Notes: generated from the letters alone by a model not told the origin. Shown: positions 46,025 to 56,108, numbered from the stretch's first letter. The stretch: DNA of 64,000 nucleotides from an uncultured Thermoleophilia bacterium (GCA_963829205.1 CAWHHT010000005.1:1032082-1096081), one strand, 5' to 3'. Made by a program: numbers and translations.

Positions 46025-48085
46025 CTAGTTCAGGGCCTCGATCTGCGGGGTCACAGTCTCGAGGGCGCCGCTCATGGCGTTCAGGCGCGAGTTCAGGTCG
46101 CTCAGCTTGGCATCACGCATGGTCTGCAAGTCGGTGATGGTCTGCGCGTTCCAAGTGCCCGCGCCAATGGCGTTGTACTGCGGCATCACGTCGAGGAGAG
46201 GCCACACGGGATGACCCTGGCCGCCCCAGGCGACCCGATAGTAGCTCGGGTCGAGGCGACTGAGCAGGTGAACGTAGACGGAGTGGCTCAAGGAGAGTCC
46301 GTTCGAGGTCCAATCGACGCTGACCAGCGCGCTCTGAGCGCCGTCGGTGTCGGCCGGGCTGGCCTGGAGGTCGGCAATCGCCGTATTGAGCGACTGCACG
46401 TCAAGCAGCACCTGCTCGTGCGGGTAGACGGTCGACTGGAACGGGGTCAGTCCCGTGAGCTCCTTGCTCACCGTCTTCTGGATCTTGAGGAGCGAGGCGT
46501 TCACCGCCGCAATGTGTGCGGCGGGAATCGTGCTCTTGCGTGCCTCGTAGGCTGCGCTCGCGCTCTTGAAGGCAGCCACGGCGTTGTCTATCCGGGTAAC
46601 CGCAGCGGCATTGGCGCCGGCCGCGAGCAGGTCGCTCGGCACGACGGTACCGGCAAGGCTGTCGGCACGCGATGCGAGGCCGTAGGGCAGCAGGCTGCGG
46701 TTGTTGAACTGGTCCTCGACTCGGAACACGAACTTGGCGATGTTCGCGAGGTTGTTCCAGTCGATCAGGTTGGCGCGCATGTACTGCGTGTGGTAGCTGC
46801 CGGTGCTGTCGACCTTGTTGTCGAAGGAGACGATCGGCACGCCCGCGGCCCCGAACGACCAGCTGTCCTTCCAGGTGCTCGAGGTTGAGCTGATCTTGTA
46901 GCCGTAGGGCAGGAAGTTGGAGGCGGCCGCCATGTCGCTCACGAGCGGCGTGAAGTCCGGGCTCGTGATCTTTAGCGGGTTGTCGCCGACGAAGTGGTCG
47001 CTGTTCAGCATCGCGCGGATCTTGCCGGGCCACGCAGGATGCGTGTGCGTGATCGACCACCAGGAGCCGATGCACCAGTCGTAGTAGGAGTTCACGTAGC
47101 CGAAGTCCTCGCCGGTCGTGGCCATGAAGCGCACCGTGTGCTGCGGGCGATAGTGGCTCTTGACCATTGCCTTGGCGATGACGAGGTTGTTGGTCACCCC
47201 GTCGGTGTCGTCGGTGGCGGTGTGGAAATATCCGTCATGGTGGGCCGAGAAGAGTACGAAGGTGCCGTCCTTGACCCTGCCGGGCAGATCGCCGAAGACG
47301 TTGTAGCCAAAGCCGCCGTTCTTGGCGAGGCGCACCTTCTCGATCAGCTTCATGTTGACCGTGGGGCCGACGCCGGCGGCGTTGAGCTGGCTGCGCAGCC
47401 AGGCGCCGTCCTGAGCTGAGACGTAGACCGAGGGCGCGTCATGCCAGTCGAACTCGCCGTCGAAGCTGCCGAGCGCATCGGGTGCGACCGTGTAGTAGGG
47501 CGCGGTGTTGGGCCCCCAGGTGAAGATGACGCCGGCTGCGCCGCGCGAAGTCGCCTCTGCCGCCTGGTAGTTGACCCACCAGGTGCCCAGGTCGGCGTCG
47601 AGGATCACGATCTTTCCCTTGACGCTGATGCCGGCAGCGGCGAGCTTGTCGAAGTCCTGCGCCGTGCCGTCGTGGCCCTCCACGAGTTGCGCCGTGAGGC
47701 CATGAGCCGACGTCGGCCGTGTGCCGGCGAACGTCGAGGCGATGAACTTGTTCAGTCCGACCTTCACGCTCGCCGACTTGAAGGTGAAGACGTCGAGTGG
47801 CACGCGCTCGAGGTGCACGTTCTTGAGGCCCATGGCGCGCATCTGCGAGGCGATGTAGCGGGCCCTGGCGTTGTCCGACCAGGTCCCGCCGATGAAGAAG
47901 CCGAGCTGGGGATTGGTGCCGGGCATGTCGGCGAGGTGGCTGTTGACCTTTTGCGGGTATCCGCGCGCAAACAGCTGGTCTATAGCGCGGTCGAACGTCG
48001 GCCGGGAGGCCTGAGCATACGAAGCTGCGGGAGCGACCAGAACGAGGCACGTCGCCGCGAGAATGGCGTAGAGAAGCTTCTTCAA
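46025..48085 (-). CDS. Secreted M28 family metallopeptidase with PA domain and long C-terminal extension
   Basis: Signal peptide MKKLLYAILAATCLVLVAPAASYA, a PA-domain segment (GKIVILDAD...AAGVIF), and M28 ligand contexts (FSAHHDGY, DDTDGV, TTGEDFG). It is visibly less GC-rich than its neighbours. Confidence 0.8.
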   Translation of the reverse strand: MKKLLYAILAATCLVLVAPAASYAQASRPTFDRAIDQLFARGYPQKVNSHLADMPGTNPQLGFFIGGTWSDNARARYIASQMRAMGLKNVHLERVPLDVFTFKSASVKVGLNKFIASTFAGTRPTSAHGLTAQLVEGHDGTAQDFDKLAAAGISVKGKIVILDADLGTWWVNYQAAEATSRGAAGVIFTWGPNTAPYYTVAPDALGSFDGEFDWHDAPSVYVSAQDGAWLRSQLNAAGVGPTVNMKLIEKVRLAKNGGFGYNVFGDLPGRVKDGTFVLFSAHHDGYFHTATDDTDGVTNNLVIAKAMVKSHYRPQHTVRFMATTGEDFGYVNSYYDWCIGSWWSITHTHPAWPGKIRAMLNSDHFVGDNPLKITSPDFTPLVSDMAAASNFLPYGYKISSTSSTWKDSWSFGAAGVPIVSFDNKVDSTGSYHTQYMRANLIDWNNLANIAKFVFRVEDQFNNRSLLPYGLASRADSLAGTVVPSDLLAAGANAAAVTRIDNAVAAFKSASAAYEARKSTIPAAHIAAVNASLLKIQKTVSKELTGLTPFQSTVYPHEQVLLDVQSLNTAIADLQASPADTDGAQSALVSVDWTSNGLSLSHSVYVHLLSRLDPSYYRVAWGGQGHPVWPLLDVMPQYNAIGAGTWNAQTITDLQTMRDAKLSDLNSRLNAMSGALETVTPQIEALN

Positions 48086-48275
48086 AGTGGTCCCCCAAGT
48101 GAGAGCAACTGGTCAGCCACGCGATAGAGTCATGGGCATCCCCCCGGACGATGTGCTCGGTGCGGCAAGTCGCATCGGCAGTGTCAAGCAGATAGACCAC
48201 CCTGTCAAGCACAACGAACATCCCTAGTCGATCCGACGCGTGCCGCGTAGCGTGGCGGCGCCGGCCGCTGGCCCA

Positions 48276-48319
48276 TTGACCTAGTCCTCGAACAGCCCAT
48301 AGGCTCGCATCCATGCGAG
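48276..48319 (+). promoter_or_regulatory. Candidate promoter (TTGACC-18 nt-TAGGCT) and 7-bp palindrome CTCGCATCCATGCGAG ahead of the XRE gene
   Basis: Read directly. The palindrome at 48304-48319 sits between the -10 element and the GAGGAG Shine-Dalgarno. Confidence 0.4.
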
Positions 48320-48336
48320 GATCAGAGGAGACGCCC

Positions 48337-48924
48337 ATGGCGGATGATGAGCTCCAGGACGTGGTCGCCAAGATCGGACAGCGCCTGCGCGAAGCACGCC
48401 TTGAGCGTCATCTCACATTGTCCCAGGTGGCGACCAGCGCGGGCGTCACGCGGGCGTTCGTAAGTCAGGTGGAACTCGGCCAGACATCGGCGTCGGTCTC
48501 GAACATGTACCGAATCTCCTCGGCGCTGGGGCTCGACCTGGGCACCTTGTTCGAGCCGCCCTTGTTCGAGCCGCTGCAGTCGAGACTCGTCCGCGTCGAT
48601 GAGCGCAAGGCCGCCTTCTACGGCGGCTCCGATGTCGCCTATCACCGCCTGACGCCGGAGGACGAACGCCGCGTCGAGCTCATCGAGACGCGCGCCAAGC
48701 CCGGCGGCTCCCCGGACGAGGAGCTGTATGCGAGAGAGGGCGACGTGGCCATCGCCCACGTGAAGCAGGGCAGTCTCGAGATCCGCTTCGAGAGCGAGAC
48801 CGTCGTGCTGGACGAGGGCGACACGCTGACCTACGACCCCACCGTGTCGCACACCTGGCGTAACCCTTCACGGCGCGACGACCTGATCGTACTCTTCGTG
48901 CACCTGCCGGGCGGCATGTTCTAG
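48337..48924 (+). CDS. XRE-family HTH regulator with C-terminal cupin domain
   Basis: HTH LTLSQVATSAGVTRAFVSQVELGQ and a cupin core GDVAIAHVKQGSLEIRFESETVVLDEGDTLTYDPTVSHTWRN. Confidence 0.85.
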   Translation: MADDELQDVVAKIGQRLREARLERHLTLSQVATSAGVTRAFVSQVELGQTSASVSNMYRISSALGLDLGTLFEPPLFEPLQSRLVRVDERKAAFYGGSDVAYHRLTPEDERRVELIETRAKPGGSPDEELYAREGDVAIAHVKQGSLEIRFESETVVLDEGDTLTYDPTVSHTWRNPSRRDDLIVLFVHLPGGMF

Positions 48925-49099
48925 CGACCGAAGCCACTGTGTCGGCTCTGTGCCGGGGCAGCACGCGGGATCACGCAGCAGTGAGAAGGGTGCCGACAGT
49001 GCCGGAGGCGGCGCGATTGTCGGCATCTTGCGAAGGTCGACGCCGCAGTACAGCCCAGGAGCAAGGTCCTATATGAGCGGCACAACCCCGAGAGCGCGC

Positions 49100-49915
49100 C
49101 TAGAAGTGCTCGACCAATGCCGCGCGAAGCGACTTCTGGGCGCCTTCGTCGATGCCGAGTCCTTCGACGAAGTAGCGCTCGACGGTGCCGTATTCCTTGC
49201 TCATCTCGGCGAGCGCAGCCTCGAGGTACTCCGGCGCCACAGCGACCACCGCGAGCAGCGTGTCAGGGTCGCCGCCGAGCGCCCGGAAGTGGTCGAGGAC
49301 CGGCTTCTCGGCAGGCAGCAGCTGCTTGTTCGTCAGCAGGTACTCTCGCATCACAAGGTCGTCCGGGACGCCGAGCAACAGCAGCAGGGACGCCGCCGCC
49401 CAGCCGGTGCGGTCCTTGCCGGTCGTGCAGTGGAAGAGCGCCGGCCGGTGCTCGTCTTGAGTGAGCTCCGTGAACAGACTGTGGTACGCGGCGCAGGCGC
49501 TGGGCAGGCTCACGATCTCGCGGTAGCCGTTCTCGAAGAGCGGCTCCCCTCTGCCGCCGCCGAGCATCTCCTCGGCCGCCTTCGGGTCCGAGCGCACGTC
49601 GAGAAGCTTTGCGGGCGCCGCCACCGCCGAATCCTTGATCACATCGAGGACGACGTACTCGGTGCCGGGTGGCAGACGATCGGGCTGGGCGGCACGTTCG
49701 CCCTCCGTGCGCAGGTCGTAGACCGAGCGGATGCCGAGTGCCGCGAACGTCGCCATGTCGGCGCCCTCGAGGTGGTCCAGCGCGGTGGAGCGGTAGACCA
49801 GGCCCCAGCGCACCCGGCCGCCGCCCTTCGTTGGCCAGCCGCCAAGGTCGCGCAGGTTGGGCAGCTCGCCGATCGCGATGCTCGCGCCCGGTTCACGGTC
49901 AGCGTCCATGTCCAT
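49100..49915 (-). CDS. Tyrosine/serine protein phosphatase-like (Y_phosphatase3 family)
   Basis: CX5R signature HCTTGKDRTG and the N-terminal NLRDLGG motif. Confidence 0.8.
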   Translation of the reverse strand: MDMDADREPGASIAIGELPNLRDLGGWPTKGGGRVRWGLVYRSTALDHLEGADMATFAALGIRSVYDLRTEGERAAQPDRLPPGTEYVVLDVIKDSAVAAPAKLLDVRSDPKAAEEMLGGGRGEPLFENGYREIVSLPSACAAYHSLFTELTQDEHRPALFHCTTGKDRTGWAAASLLLLLGVPDDLVMREYLLTNKQLLPAEKPVLDHFRALGGDPDTLLAVVAVAPEYLEAALAEMSKEYGTVERYFVEGLGIDEGAQKSLRAALVEHF

Positions 49916-49930
49916 CCTCTCGCCGGACGC

Positions 49931-51505
49931 TCATCGGCTGAGCATGGCCTGCATCTCAGGGCTCAGCTGCACAACGAGCTCAGCGTTGTAGGAGCCGCTC
50001 GGCAAGAGTCCGATCTCGTTGTTGAAGATCTGCTGGGCCGCGACGGCGTAGGTGCGCGACGTCGCGGCCGGCGACCCGGCTTCCAGGACCGGGTCGACGT
50101 CGGTGGTCACGATCGAGACGGTGTCGTCACCGTTGCGCACGATCTCGAGGATGCGCAGCTGCTGCGGGAAGTCCCGCAACGACGAAGTCTCGATCTCCCA
50201 GAAGCCGAGCTCGGGGCGGTCGGCGTCAGGCGACGGGAATGCGGTCGCCGGGTTGCGGTGGCGATGTCCCGCGATCCAGGCGATGAGGTTCGGATAGGTG
50301 TGGAGCTTCGCGATCAGGTCCTCCTCGGACCCGTGCGCGCTCGAGCACCAGCCCATTGGAGAACCGGCTTTCTCGACCCCGATCGGGCAGTGTGCGGCGA
50401 TGATCATGAGCCGGCCGTCGGCCTGGCCCCGGTCCAGCTCGCGCACGAGCCAGTCGTGGCGTTCTTTGTCGAGCGACACGTGCCCGTAGCCGTTGTCGTA
50501 GGGGTCGTCGTCGCGCTGGGTGTCGTCCAGGACGAGGACCCTGACGGGCACGTCGGCCTTGGGCTCGAAGGTGTAGCAGGCGAACCCGGCGTCGACGCAG
50601 GCCTCGTCGAAGCCGTGCCCCACGGGGTTCGACGAGGTACTGAAGAACTCGCCCATCCACTCGCTCTTCGAAAGTGAGCGACGGTCCGGGTCGGCCGCCA
50701 GCACCTTCGGCGGCGTCGCGAAGTCGGCGACCGGCCCGAGGCCGAAGATGTCGCCGTAGGGCGTGCGTCCGTCGAGACAGCCCATGTAGATGCCGCGGCT
50801 GTCCGGGCCGCGCGGGTCCTGGAAGACGTTGCCGAGGTCGAGGATCTCCTCGCCGACATACGTCTTGCGGAGGTAGTCGTCGACCCGCAGGAAGCCCGTC
50901 CAGAAGTGGTCGTGATTGCCGCGCACCTGGTACCAGGGGATGGACTCATCGAGCCCCGCCGCCTCATAGGCGTTCAGGAAGGCGGCCCGAGGGCCTGCGG
51001 TGGCGTCCTTCTTGGCCCCCGAATCCGGGTCGATGCGCTTGCCGTCGAGCACGTCGATGTACCACCTCAGCTCATTGTGCTGGGTGTTGTTGCACGTGTC
51101 GCCGAGGGAGATGCCGAAATCGATCGGCTCCTCGGCGTGCAGGGCGTTGACCGTCTGCACGGCCGCGTCGAGCACATGGTGCGTGTACATCATGACGCCC
51201 GAGTAGGCCGATGAGAGGAAGCCCTTGTAGCCGAAGAAGATCGCCTGGGCGGGAGACTGCACGTCGGTGATGTGGATGTCGGTGATGGCGAAGAAGCGCA
51301 GGAGTCTCGCGCCGCCGGCGATCGAGGCGCCGTCGTAGCCGGCCGGCATGAGGTCGAGCCGCCGCACGGCGCTGAGTCCCGGCCCGTAGCTCCACGTACC
51401 GTAGCCGTTCTGCGCGTACTTGGAGAGCTCGTACGGCAGGAGCTTCGCCGCGTCGGCCGGGATCGGGTCAGGCACGATCGTCTTCTGGAGAGTGGTCGGG
51501 ATCAT
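49931..51505 (-). CDS. Calcineurin-like metallophosphoesterase (large, TIGR03768-like)
   Basis: ITDIHITD, SLGDTCNN, VRGNHDHFW, IIAAHCP and IAGHRHRN motifs. The ATG at 51505 has AGGAGG upstream and overlaps the preceding stop as ATGA. The upstream 422 codons of the listed 946-aa ORF are not part of it. Confidence 0.8.
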   Translation of the reverse strand: MIPTTLQKTIVPDPIPADAAKLLPYELSKYAQNGYGTWSYGPGLSAVRRLDLMPAGYDGASIAGGARLLRFFAITDIHITDVQSPAQAIFFGYKGFLSSAYSGVMMYTHHVLDAAVQTVNALHAEEPIDFGISLGDTCNNTQHNELRWYIDVLDGKRIDPDSGAKKDATAGPRAAFLNAYEAAGLDESIPWYQVRGNHDHFWTGFLRVDDYLRKTYVGEEILDLGNVFQDPRGPDSRGIYMGCLDGRTPYGDIFGLGPVADFATPPKVLAADPDRRSLSKSEWMGEFFSTSSNPVGHGFDEACVDAGFACYTFEPKADVPVRVLVLDDTQRDDDPYDNGYGHVSLDKERHDWLVRELDRGQADGRLMIIAAHCPIGVEKAGSPMGWCSSAHGSEEDLIAKLHTYPNLIAWIAGHRHRNPATAFPSPDADRPELGFWEIETSSLRDFPQQLRILEIVRNGDDTVSIVTTDVDPVLEAGSPAATSRTYAVAAQQIFNNEIGLLPSGSYNAELVVQLSPEMQAMLSR

Positions 51506-52554
51506 CGAGCCTCCTGGTGCTGGGCGAAGTACTGCGCGACCCGGTCGGCGGCGTTGGCGCGCACGCTGAAGAAGTAGAGCGGGTAGTCGAAGGTGTGGAG
51601 GACGCCCATGGGGAAGCCGCCCGGCTTGAAGTAGGGCGGGGCCGAGGCGTCGATCGTGCTGCAGATGACGACGCCCTTGGCCTTGTCGACGCGCGCGTCG
51701 GCGACGTTCCTGAAGCGCTTGATGGTCCCGTCGGCGTTCAGGAACGGCGTGCCGTCGGTCGCCGGGTTCAGCTCGATGGAGCCGCGGTTCCTGGCGGCGC
51801 TCGCCTCCGTCTGCTTCCTCGTCCAGGTGATGGGGTTGATGGCGATGGCGCCGGGCTGCACGACCGGGCTCGGGGCCGCGATCGTCGGCGCCTCGGTGTT
51901 CCAGGAGGCGATGACCCCGGTGTCGTTGCGCGCTTTGGCGAACTTGAGGAACCCGTGCTGCCGAAGGTAGGAGCGCTGGATCGGGTAGCCGGGGACGTAG
52001 GCGCAGATCATGCGCGCATACACGGCCGGGTGTGCCTTCATGTACTTCGCCAGGAGATTGGCGAGCACGGCCGAGCCCTGCGAGTGGCCGACGAGGATGA
52101 AGGGGCGGCCGCGGTCGAAGTGCTTGAGGAAGTGCTTGAAGGCGGCGAAGACGTCGGTCGAGGGGATGCCGGCGATGTTCTTCTTCTGCTGTGCGAAAGG
52201 CAGCGAGAGCTGGTAGGTGGCATCGATCTGCCGGTAGTAGGGCGCATAGACAGTGCCGACAGTGCGAAACGCGGTGGCCTGGCGCTGGAACGCCACCTGC
52301 GCGTTCTGCATCATCCCGGGGTCGTTCACGGTGGAGTAGATCGGCCCGCCGGGAGCACGCGCGTAGGCGGTGGGATAGACATAGAAGACGGCGACCTTCT
52401 TCTGCTTCACGGACTTGCCCGGCAGGTAGAGCCAGTGAGAGCGCGACTGGTAGTCGGTGGGCTTCACCGAAGCGGCCAAGGCCGTCGATTCCAGGAGCGC
52501 AGTGCACGCCAATAGGGCGGCGATGATCAGGAGCAGAAGTCTGCGTGCGCGCAT
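51502..52554 (-). CDS. Secreted DUF3089-like alpha/beta hydrolase
   Basis: Signal peptide MRARRLLLLIIAALLACTALL, nucleophile elbow GHSQG, and GAGGAGG 7 nt before the ATG at 52554. Confidence 0.75.
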   Translation of the reverse strand: MRARRLLLLIIAALLACTALLESTALAASVKPTDYQSRSHWLYLPGKSVKQKKVAVFYVYPTAYARAPGGPIYSTVNDPGMMQNAQVAFQRQATAFRTVGTVYAPYYRQIDATYQLSLPFAQQKKNIAGIPSTDVFAAFKHFLKHFDRGRPFILVGHSQGSAVLANLLAKYMKAHPAVYARMICAYVPGYPIQRSYLRQHGFLKFAKARNDTGVIASWNTEAPTIAAPSPVVQPGAIAINPITWTRKQTEASAARNRGSIELNPATDGTPFLNADGTIKRFRNVADARVDKAKGVVICSTIDASAPPYFKPGGFPMGVLHTFDYPLYFFSVRANAADRVAQYFAQHQEAR

Positions 52555-52775
52555 TCGACGTCCTCCTCGAGCGATGGTCCCATTGCGGCCGACAGACCAG
52601 ACCCCGGGGGAGCCGTGATCCGAGGCTGAAGTCAGACGACGTATCGGCATCGGCAGCGGCGCACTTGAAGGCATGCACGCTCTGCGGAAGGCCGACGGCC
52701 GCCATGACGGGCCTTACGGGTGTACTTGACGCCCCGACCTCGGCATTCCTGCAAGCGGGGGTCCAGGTCACATGG

Positions 52776-53366
52776 TCAGGTGACGCGTCCGCCCGGAGCT
52801 ACCAGCGCTGTGCAGGCACTCCTCCCCATCCACTCTGACTGCAAGGCAGCGAACACCACGTCATCGGCCCACTCGCCTTTGAACCACAGACTCTCGCGGA
52901 AGTGTGCCTCCTGGCGCATCCCGACTCTGCGAAGCAGCGCCATGGACGGCTCGTTGCGCGGATCGACAGAGGCAAACACGCGATGCTTGTGCTGCGGTCC
53001 GAAGAGGTGGGCGAGCAACCCTGTGACCGCCTCCAGGCCAAGGCCGCGGCGCTGGTGGCTGGGTGAGACCGTGCAGCCGATCTCCGCCTGACGCGGCTCG
53101 TCCGCCGGACAGTGGACACCGAGGTCGCCGACGAGGAGCCCCGAGTCCTGAAGGCGGATCCCGAGCTGAGACCAGCTTCCCGGCGTGTCGAAGGGGGCTG
53201 CTCGGCAGCCCTCGATGAAACGCCGCGCATCATCGAGCGCGCGCGGCATCCACGTTTGATAGCGGGATACGTCAGGGCTGCTGCGGTAGTCGAACACGAC
53301 GTCGGCGTCGCTGCTGCGGAGCGGCGTCAGCACAAGACGCTCAGTGACGATCTCAGGTGTGGACAC
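52776..53366 (-). CDS. GNAT family N-acetyltransferase (RimJ/RimL-like)
   Basis: TERLVLTPL...QRRGLGLEA...acetyl-CoA loop. A GTG at 53366 has AAGGAG 8 nt upstream. Confidence 0.8.
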   Translation of the reverse strand: MSTPEIVTERLVLTPLRSSDADVVFDYRSSPDVSRYQTWMPRALDDARRFIEGCRAAPFDTPGSWSQLGIRLQDSGLLVGDLGVHCPADEPRQAEIGCTVSPSHQRRGLGLEAVTGLLAHLFGPQHKHRVFASVDPRNEPSMALLRRVGMRQEAHFRESLWFKGEWADDVVFAALQSEWMGRSACTALVAPGGRVT

Positions 53367-53500
53367 GTTCTGCACTCCTTTCCATCGGGCGCTGGTCCAA
53401 GAGAGCGGCACAGACCAGCCTGTCGGATCTTCCGCGCTGCCACAATCCCTGATGAGGCGAGTCTATCTAAGGCAGGCGCCGCAGCCTGCGGTGCGGCGCG

Positions 53501-54586
53501 TCAGTCGAGCGACACCACCAGGTAAGGGTTCTCGCAGGGCCGGCCTGCGCAGACGTGCATGCGGCGCTCTTCGAGTTCGATGATCACGCTCCCCGTCGTG
53601 GGGCCGTCCTCGGGGTCGTCGGGGACGGGGTGGCCGCAGATCGAGTCGGGCGCGTTGGCGTGGTCTCGCAGGACGGCGGCGACGATGGCGAAGGGGTCCT
53701 CACCGCGCGCCAGTCCGGCGGCGACCAGCTCGCGCCCGCGCTCCAGCCGCAGCCGCGAGCCCAGCGAGTCGGAGCGTTCGACGTCCTGCAGCTCGGCAGC
53801 GGTGAAATGGTTCGTGTGCACGAGCCAGCCGTCGGCCTCGATGGTCACGGCGCGCTCGGCCGAGACCTCGACGTCCCAGATCTCACCGCCGGCCCGCGCG
53901 TTGAGGTGATTGGAGCCGCGGGCACGCCCCGGCACGCGGGCGCGCGCATCGGCCTCCGCTCGCGTGGCAGCCTCGAGCAGCCAGCGGTGCTTGAAGGCGT
54001 TGGGCAGACCGAGGCGTTCGTCGCGTGCGTAGAGCGTGTTGCCGTAGAAGGCCATCCCGTGCGAGTTGAGGCCGCACATCGGCAGGTAGGCGGCCCCGGT
54101 CAGGGCCAGGATGCGCGTGCCGTCGGGCACCGTGAGCGAGAGCACGACCATGTTCGCGACGTCGTCTTCGATCCAATCCTCGTTGTGGCCGACGATCGTG
54201 CGGCCGGGCGCGGCTAGGGCCAGGCAGGTGCAGTGGTCGACGGGCCGTTGCGCGCGGTCACTCGTGCCGGGCCGCGGGGCACAGAGCACCTCTTCTCCGC
54301 AGTTGAGCACGAGCAACTTCTCGAACGGGACGCCAGCACCCTCGGCCATGCCGGCGAGCTCCTCGACCTGCAGCGCCGAGTCGTGTTCGGCGTACCGGAG
54401 CAAGGCCCGTGCGCGCTCTTCAGCCGCGGCGAAGGGCATGCCCGCCAGCCACTCGATGTGCTCTTCGTAGTAGGCGAGCGAGCGCCTGATACGTTCGCGG
54501 GCCGCCTCGCCGACCAGGCGCCCGATCTCGCGGTGGGTACCGCGCGCCTCGATGATGGGCAGAGAAGACCGGTCGTCGTGCGTCAT
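53501..54586 (-). CDS. C45 family acyl-CoA:6-APA acyltransferase-like autoproteolytic hydrolase
   Basis: HCTCLAL (catalytic Cys after the propeptide), GHNEDW and HTNH motifs. The ATG at 54586 has GGAGG upstream. Confidence 0.75.
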   Translation of the reverse strand: MTHDDRSSLPIIEARGTHREIGRLVGEAARERIRRSLAYYEEHIEWLAGMPFAAAEERARALLRYAEHDSALQVEELAGMAEGAGVPFEKLLVLNCGEEVLCAPRPGTSDRAQRPVDHCTCLALAAPGRTIVGHNEDWIEDDVANMVVLSLTVPDGTRILALTGAAYLPMCGLNSHGMAFYGNTLYARDERLGLPNAFKHRWLLEAATRAEADARARVPGRARGSNHLNARAGGEIWDVEVSAERAVTIEADGWLVHTNHFTAAELQDVERSDSLGSRLRLERGRELVAAGLARGEDPFAIVAAVLRDHANAPDSICGHPVPDDPEDGPTTGSVIIELEERRMHVCAGRPCENPYLVVSLD

Positions 54587-54841
54587 TTCTCGCCTCCACA
54601 CCGTCGTGCGTGCCACAGATCGTGACTGCGCAGCGCCTCCTCGGCCCAGCCAGACCCTTGACGCCGAGCTCGTGCCGATGACTTGCCTCGTAGGCTACCA
54701 GCGTTTTCCACGCGATGGGGCAGTGTGTGCCAGGAGAGCTGCTTGTGCCGCTGTCGCCCGCGTCGTAGCTCAGCCGCTTGACTTTGCACTGCAAAGGGAA
54801 TTACCTTTGTGCCACAAAGTCCAGTGAGGACGGAGCGAGAG

Positions 54842-55495
54842 ATGAACGAGCCACAGAAGAGAGACGACAACGCAGACGACGAGTCTGAACTCAGTCCCGA
54901 GCAAGCGGCGAGACTGATCAAGCAGACCAACCGGCAGGCACAGCACCAGTTCGAGCTGAGGTCCCCGTGGCAGACGCTGATCCAAGCGCTGGGATGGCTG
55001 GCCATCTACGGCACGATCTGGCTCTCGGTGCGCGGGCAGCACCCCTACAAGGGCCCGACAGGCTGGGCCGTGCTGATCGTATTCGCACTCGTCATCGTCG
55101 TCGTAGTCGCGGCCAGCGTTTTCATCAGGCGCCGGAAGGCCGGCGTCAGCGGGCGCTCACGGCGGCAGGACGCCTTCATCGGTGCCGCTATGGTGACGGC
55201 CTTCGTCGCCGCCTATGTGTTCATGGGTGCGCTGCGCTACCTCGGGGTGAGCTACGCGATCGTCTACGGGGTGTATGCGGCCGCCGGATGGCTGATCGTT
55301 GTCGGCGCGGCCGGGGTCGCCATCGCGGCGATGCGAGAAGACCTGCAGAATCTCTGTTTCGGGATCGCCTTCGTCGCCATCGCCGCCGGGAGCTGCTTCG
55401 CGGGACCGATCGGGGTCTGGCTGATCATGGGCGTGGGCGGCTTCCTCGCGCTGCTCGCGCTGGCCGCCTACCAGGTCAGGCTGCGATGGCGATGA
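54842..55495 (+). CDS. Membrane protein, function unknown
   Basis: An acidic N-terminus is followed by 5-6 hydrophobic spans. The 3' end overlaps the next gene by 10 nt. Confidence 0.55.
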   Translation: MNEPQKRDDNADDESELSPEQAARLIKQTNRQAQHQFELRSPWQTLIQALGWLAIYGTIWLSVRGQHPYKGPTGWAVLIVFALVIVVVVAASVFIRRRKAGVSGRSRRQDAFIGAAMVTAFVAAYVFMGALRYLGVSYAIVYGVYAAAGWLIVVGAAGVAIAAMREDLQNLCFGIAFVAIAAGSCFAGPIGVWLIMGVGGFLALLALAAYQVRLRWR

Positions 55496-55791
55496 TGGCC
55501 GACGCTCTCGACCCAGTGATCCACGCCCCGGCGCGGCTGCGCATCGTCGTGACGCTGGCGAACCTGCCGGACGGCGACGAGCTCTCCTTCCCGCGCCTGC
55601 AGGAGATACTCGCTCTGACGCCCGGCAACCTGATCACGCACCTGCGAAAGCTCGAGGAGGCCGGCTACGTCGTGACCGTGAAGACCGGCCACGGGATCTG
55701 GTCACGCACCACGGTGACGCTGACCAACCGGGGCCGGGCGGCGCTCGACGCCTACACCGAGGCGCTGCGCGGCCTCCTCGGCGGGCTCTAG
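55486..55791 (+). CDS. Winged-helix transcriptional regulator (small, MarR/ArsR-like)
   Basis: IHAPARLRIVVTLANL...LSFPRLQEILALTPGNLITHLRKLEEAGYV. Confidence 0.7.
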   Translation: MAMMADALDPVIHAPARLRIVVTLANLPDGDELSFPRLQEILALTPGNLITHLRKLEEAGYVVTVKTGHGIWSRTTVTLTNRGRAALDAYTEALRGLLGGL

Positions 55792-56108
55792 CCCGCCTGC
55801 GCCTCCTCCCTCCGGCCGCCTGCCTCGAGGTACCTTCCAGGTCTCCCTCGAGCTGGCGACGGAGGTGAGTTCGCGCTCCGCTCTCACGGCGTGAGCTGCA
55901 AGTCCTTCGTCGACGAGTCGCACGCAGGCCGCAGCTCCATCGACGTCGTACTCGACCCCGCCGTGCTGGCGCACCTCGGTCAGCGCAGCCCATGCCAAGT
56001 GGCGCGCGACATGGGCGGTGAGGACATTGCCCCACGACGTCGGCGACGGCGCTCGCGTCTGTGCCGCATCCGCGTCGAACCGGCCCAGCGGCGGCGAATC
56101 GCCTTCCG

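Noticed and set aside
49931-52771. The listed 946-aa ORF as one protein
   Set aside because: Only the last 524 codons (from the AGGAGG-ATG at 51505) are phosphoesterase-like. The upstream part is Arg/Pro-rich junk read out of frame over the DUF3089 gene, which has its own frame, signal peptide and Shine-Dalgarno.
55702-55998. Listed 98-aa minus-strand ORF (TTG start) between the winged-helix regulator and the YHS gene
   Set aside because: It overlaps the 3' end of the plus-strand regulator by ~90 nt. It has no Shine-Dalgarno or recognisable motif, and its open frame extends upstream only through the YHS gene in another frame. It may be coding, but I cannot support that.
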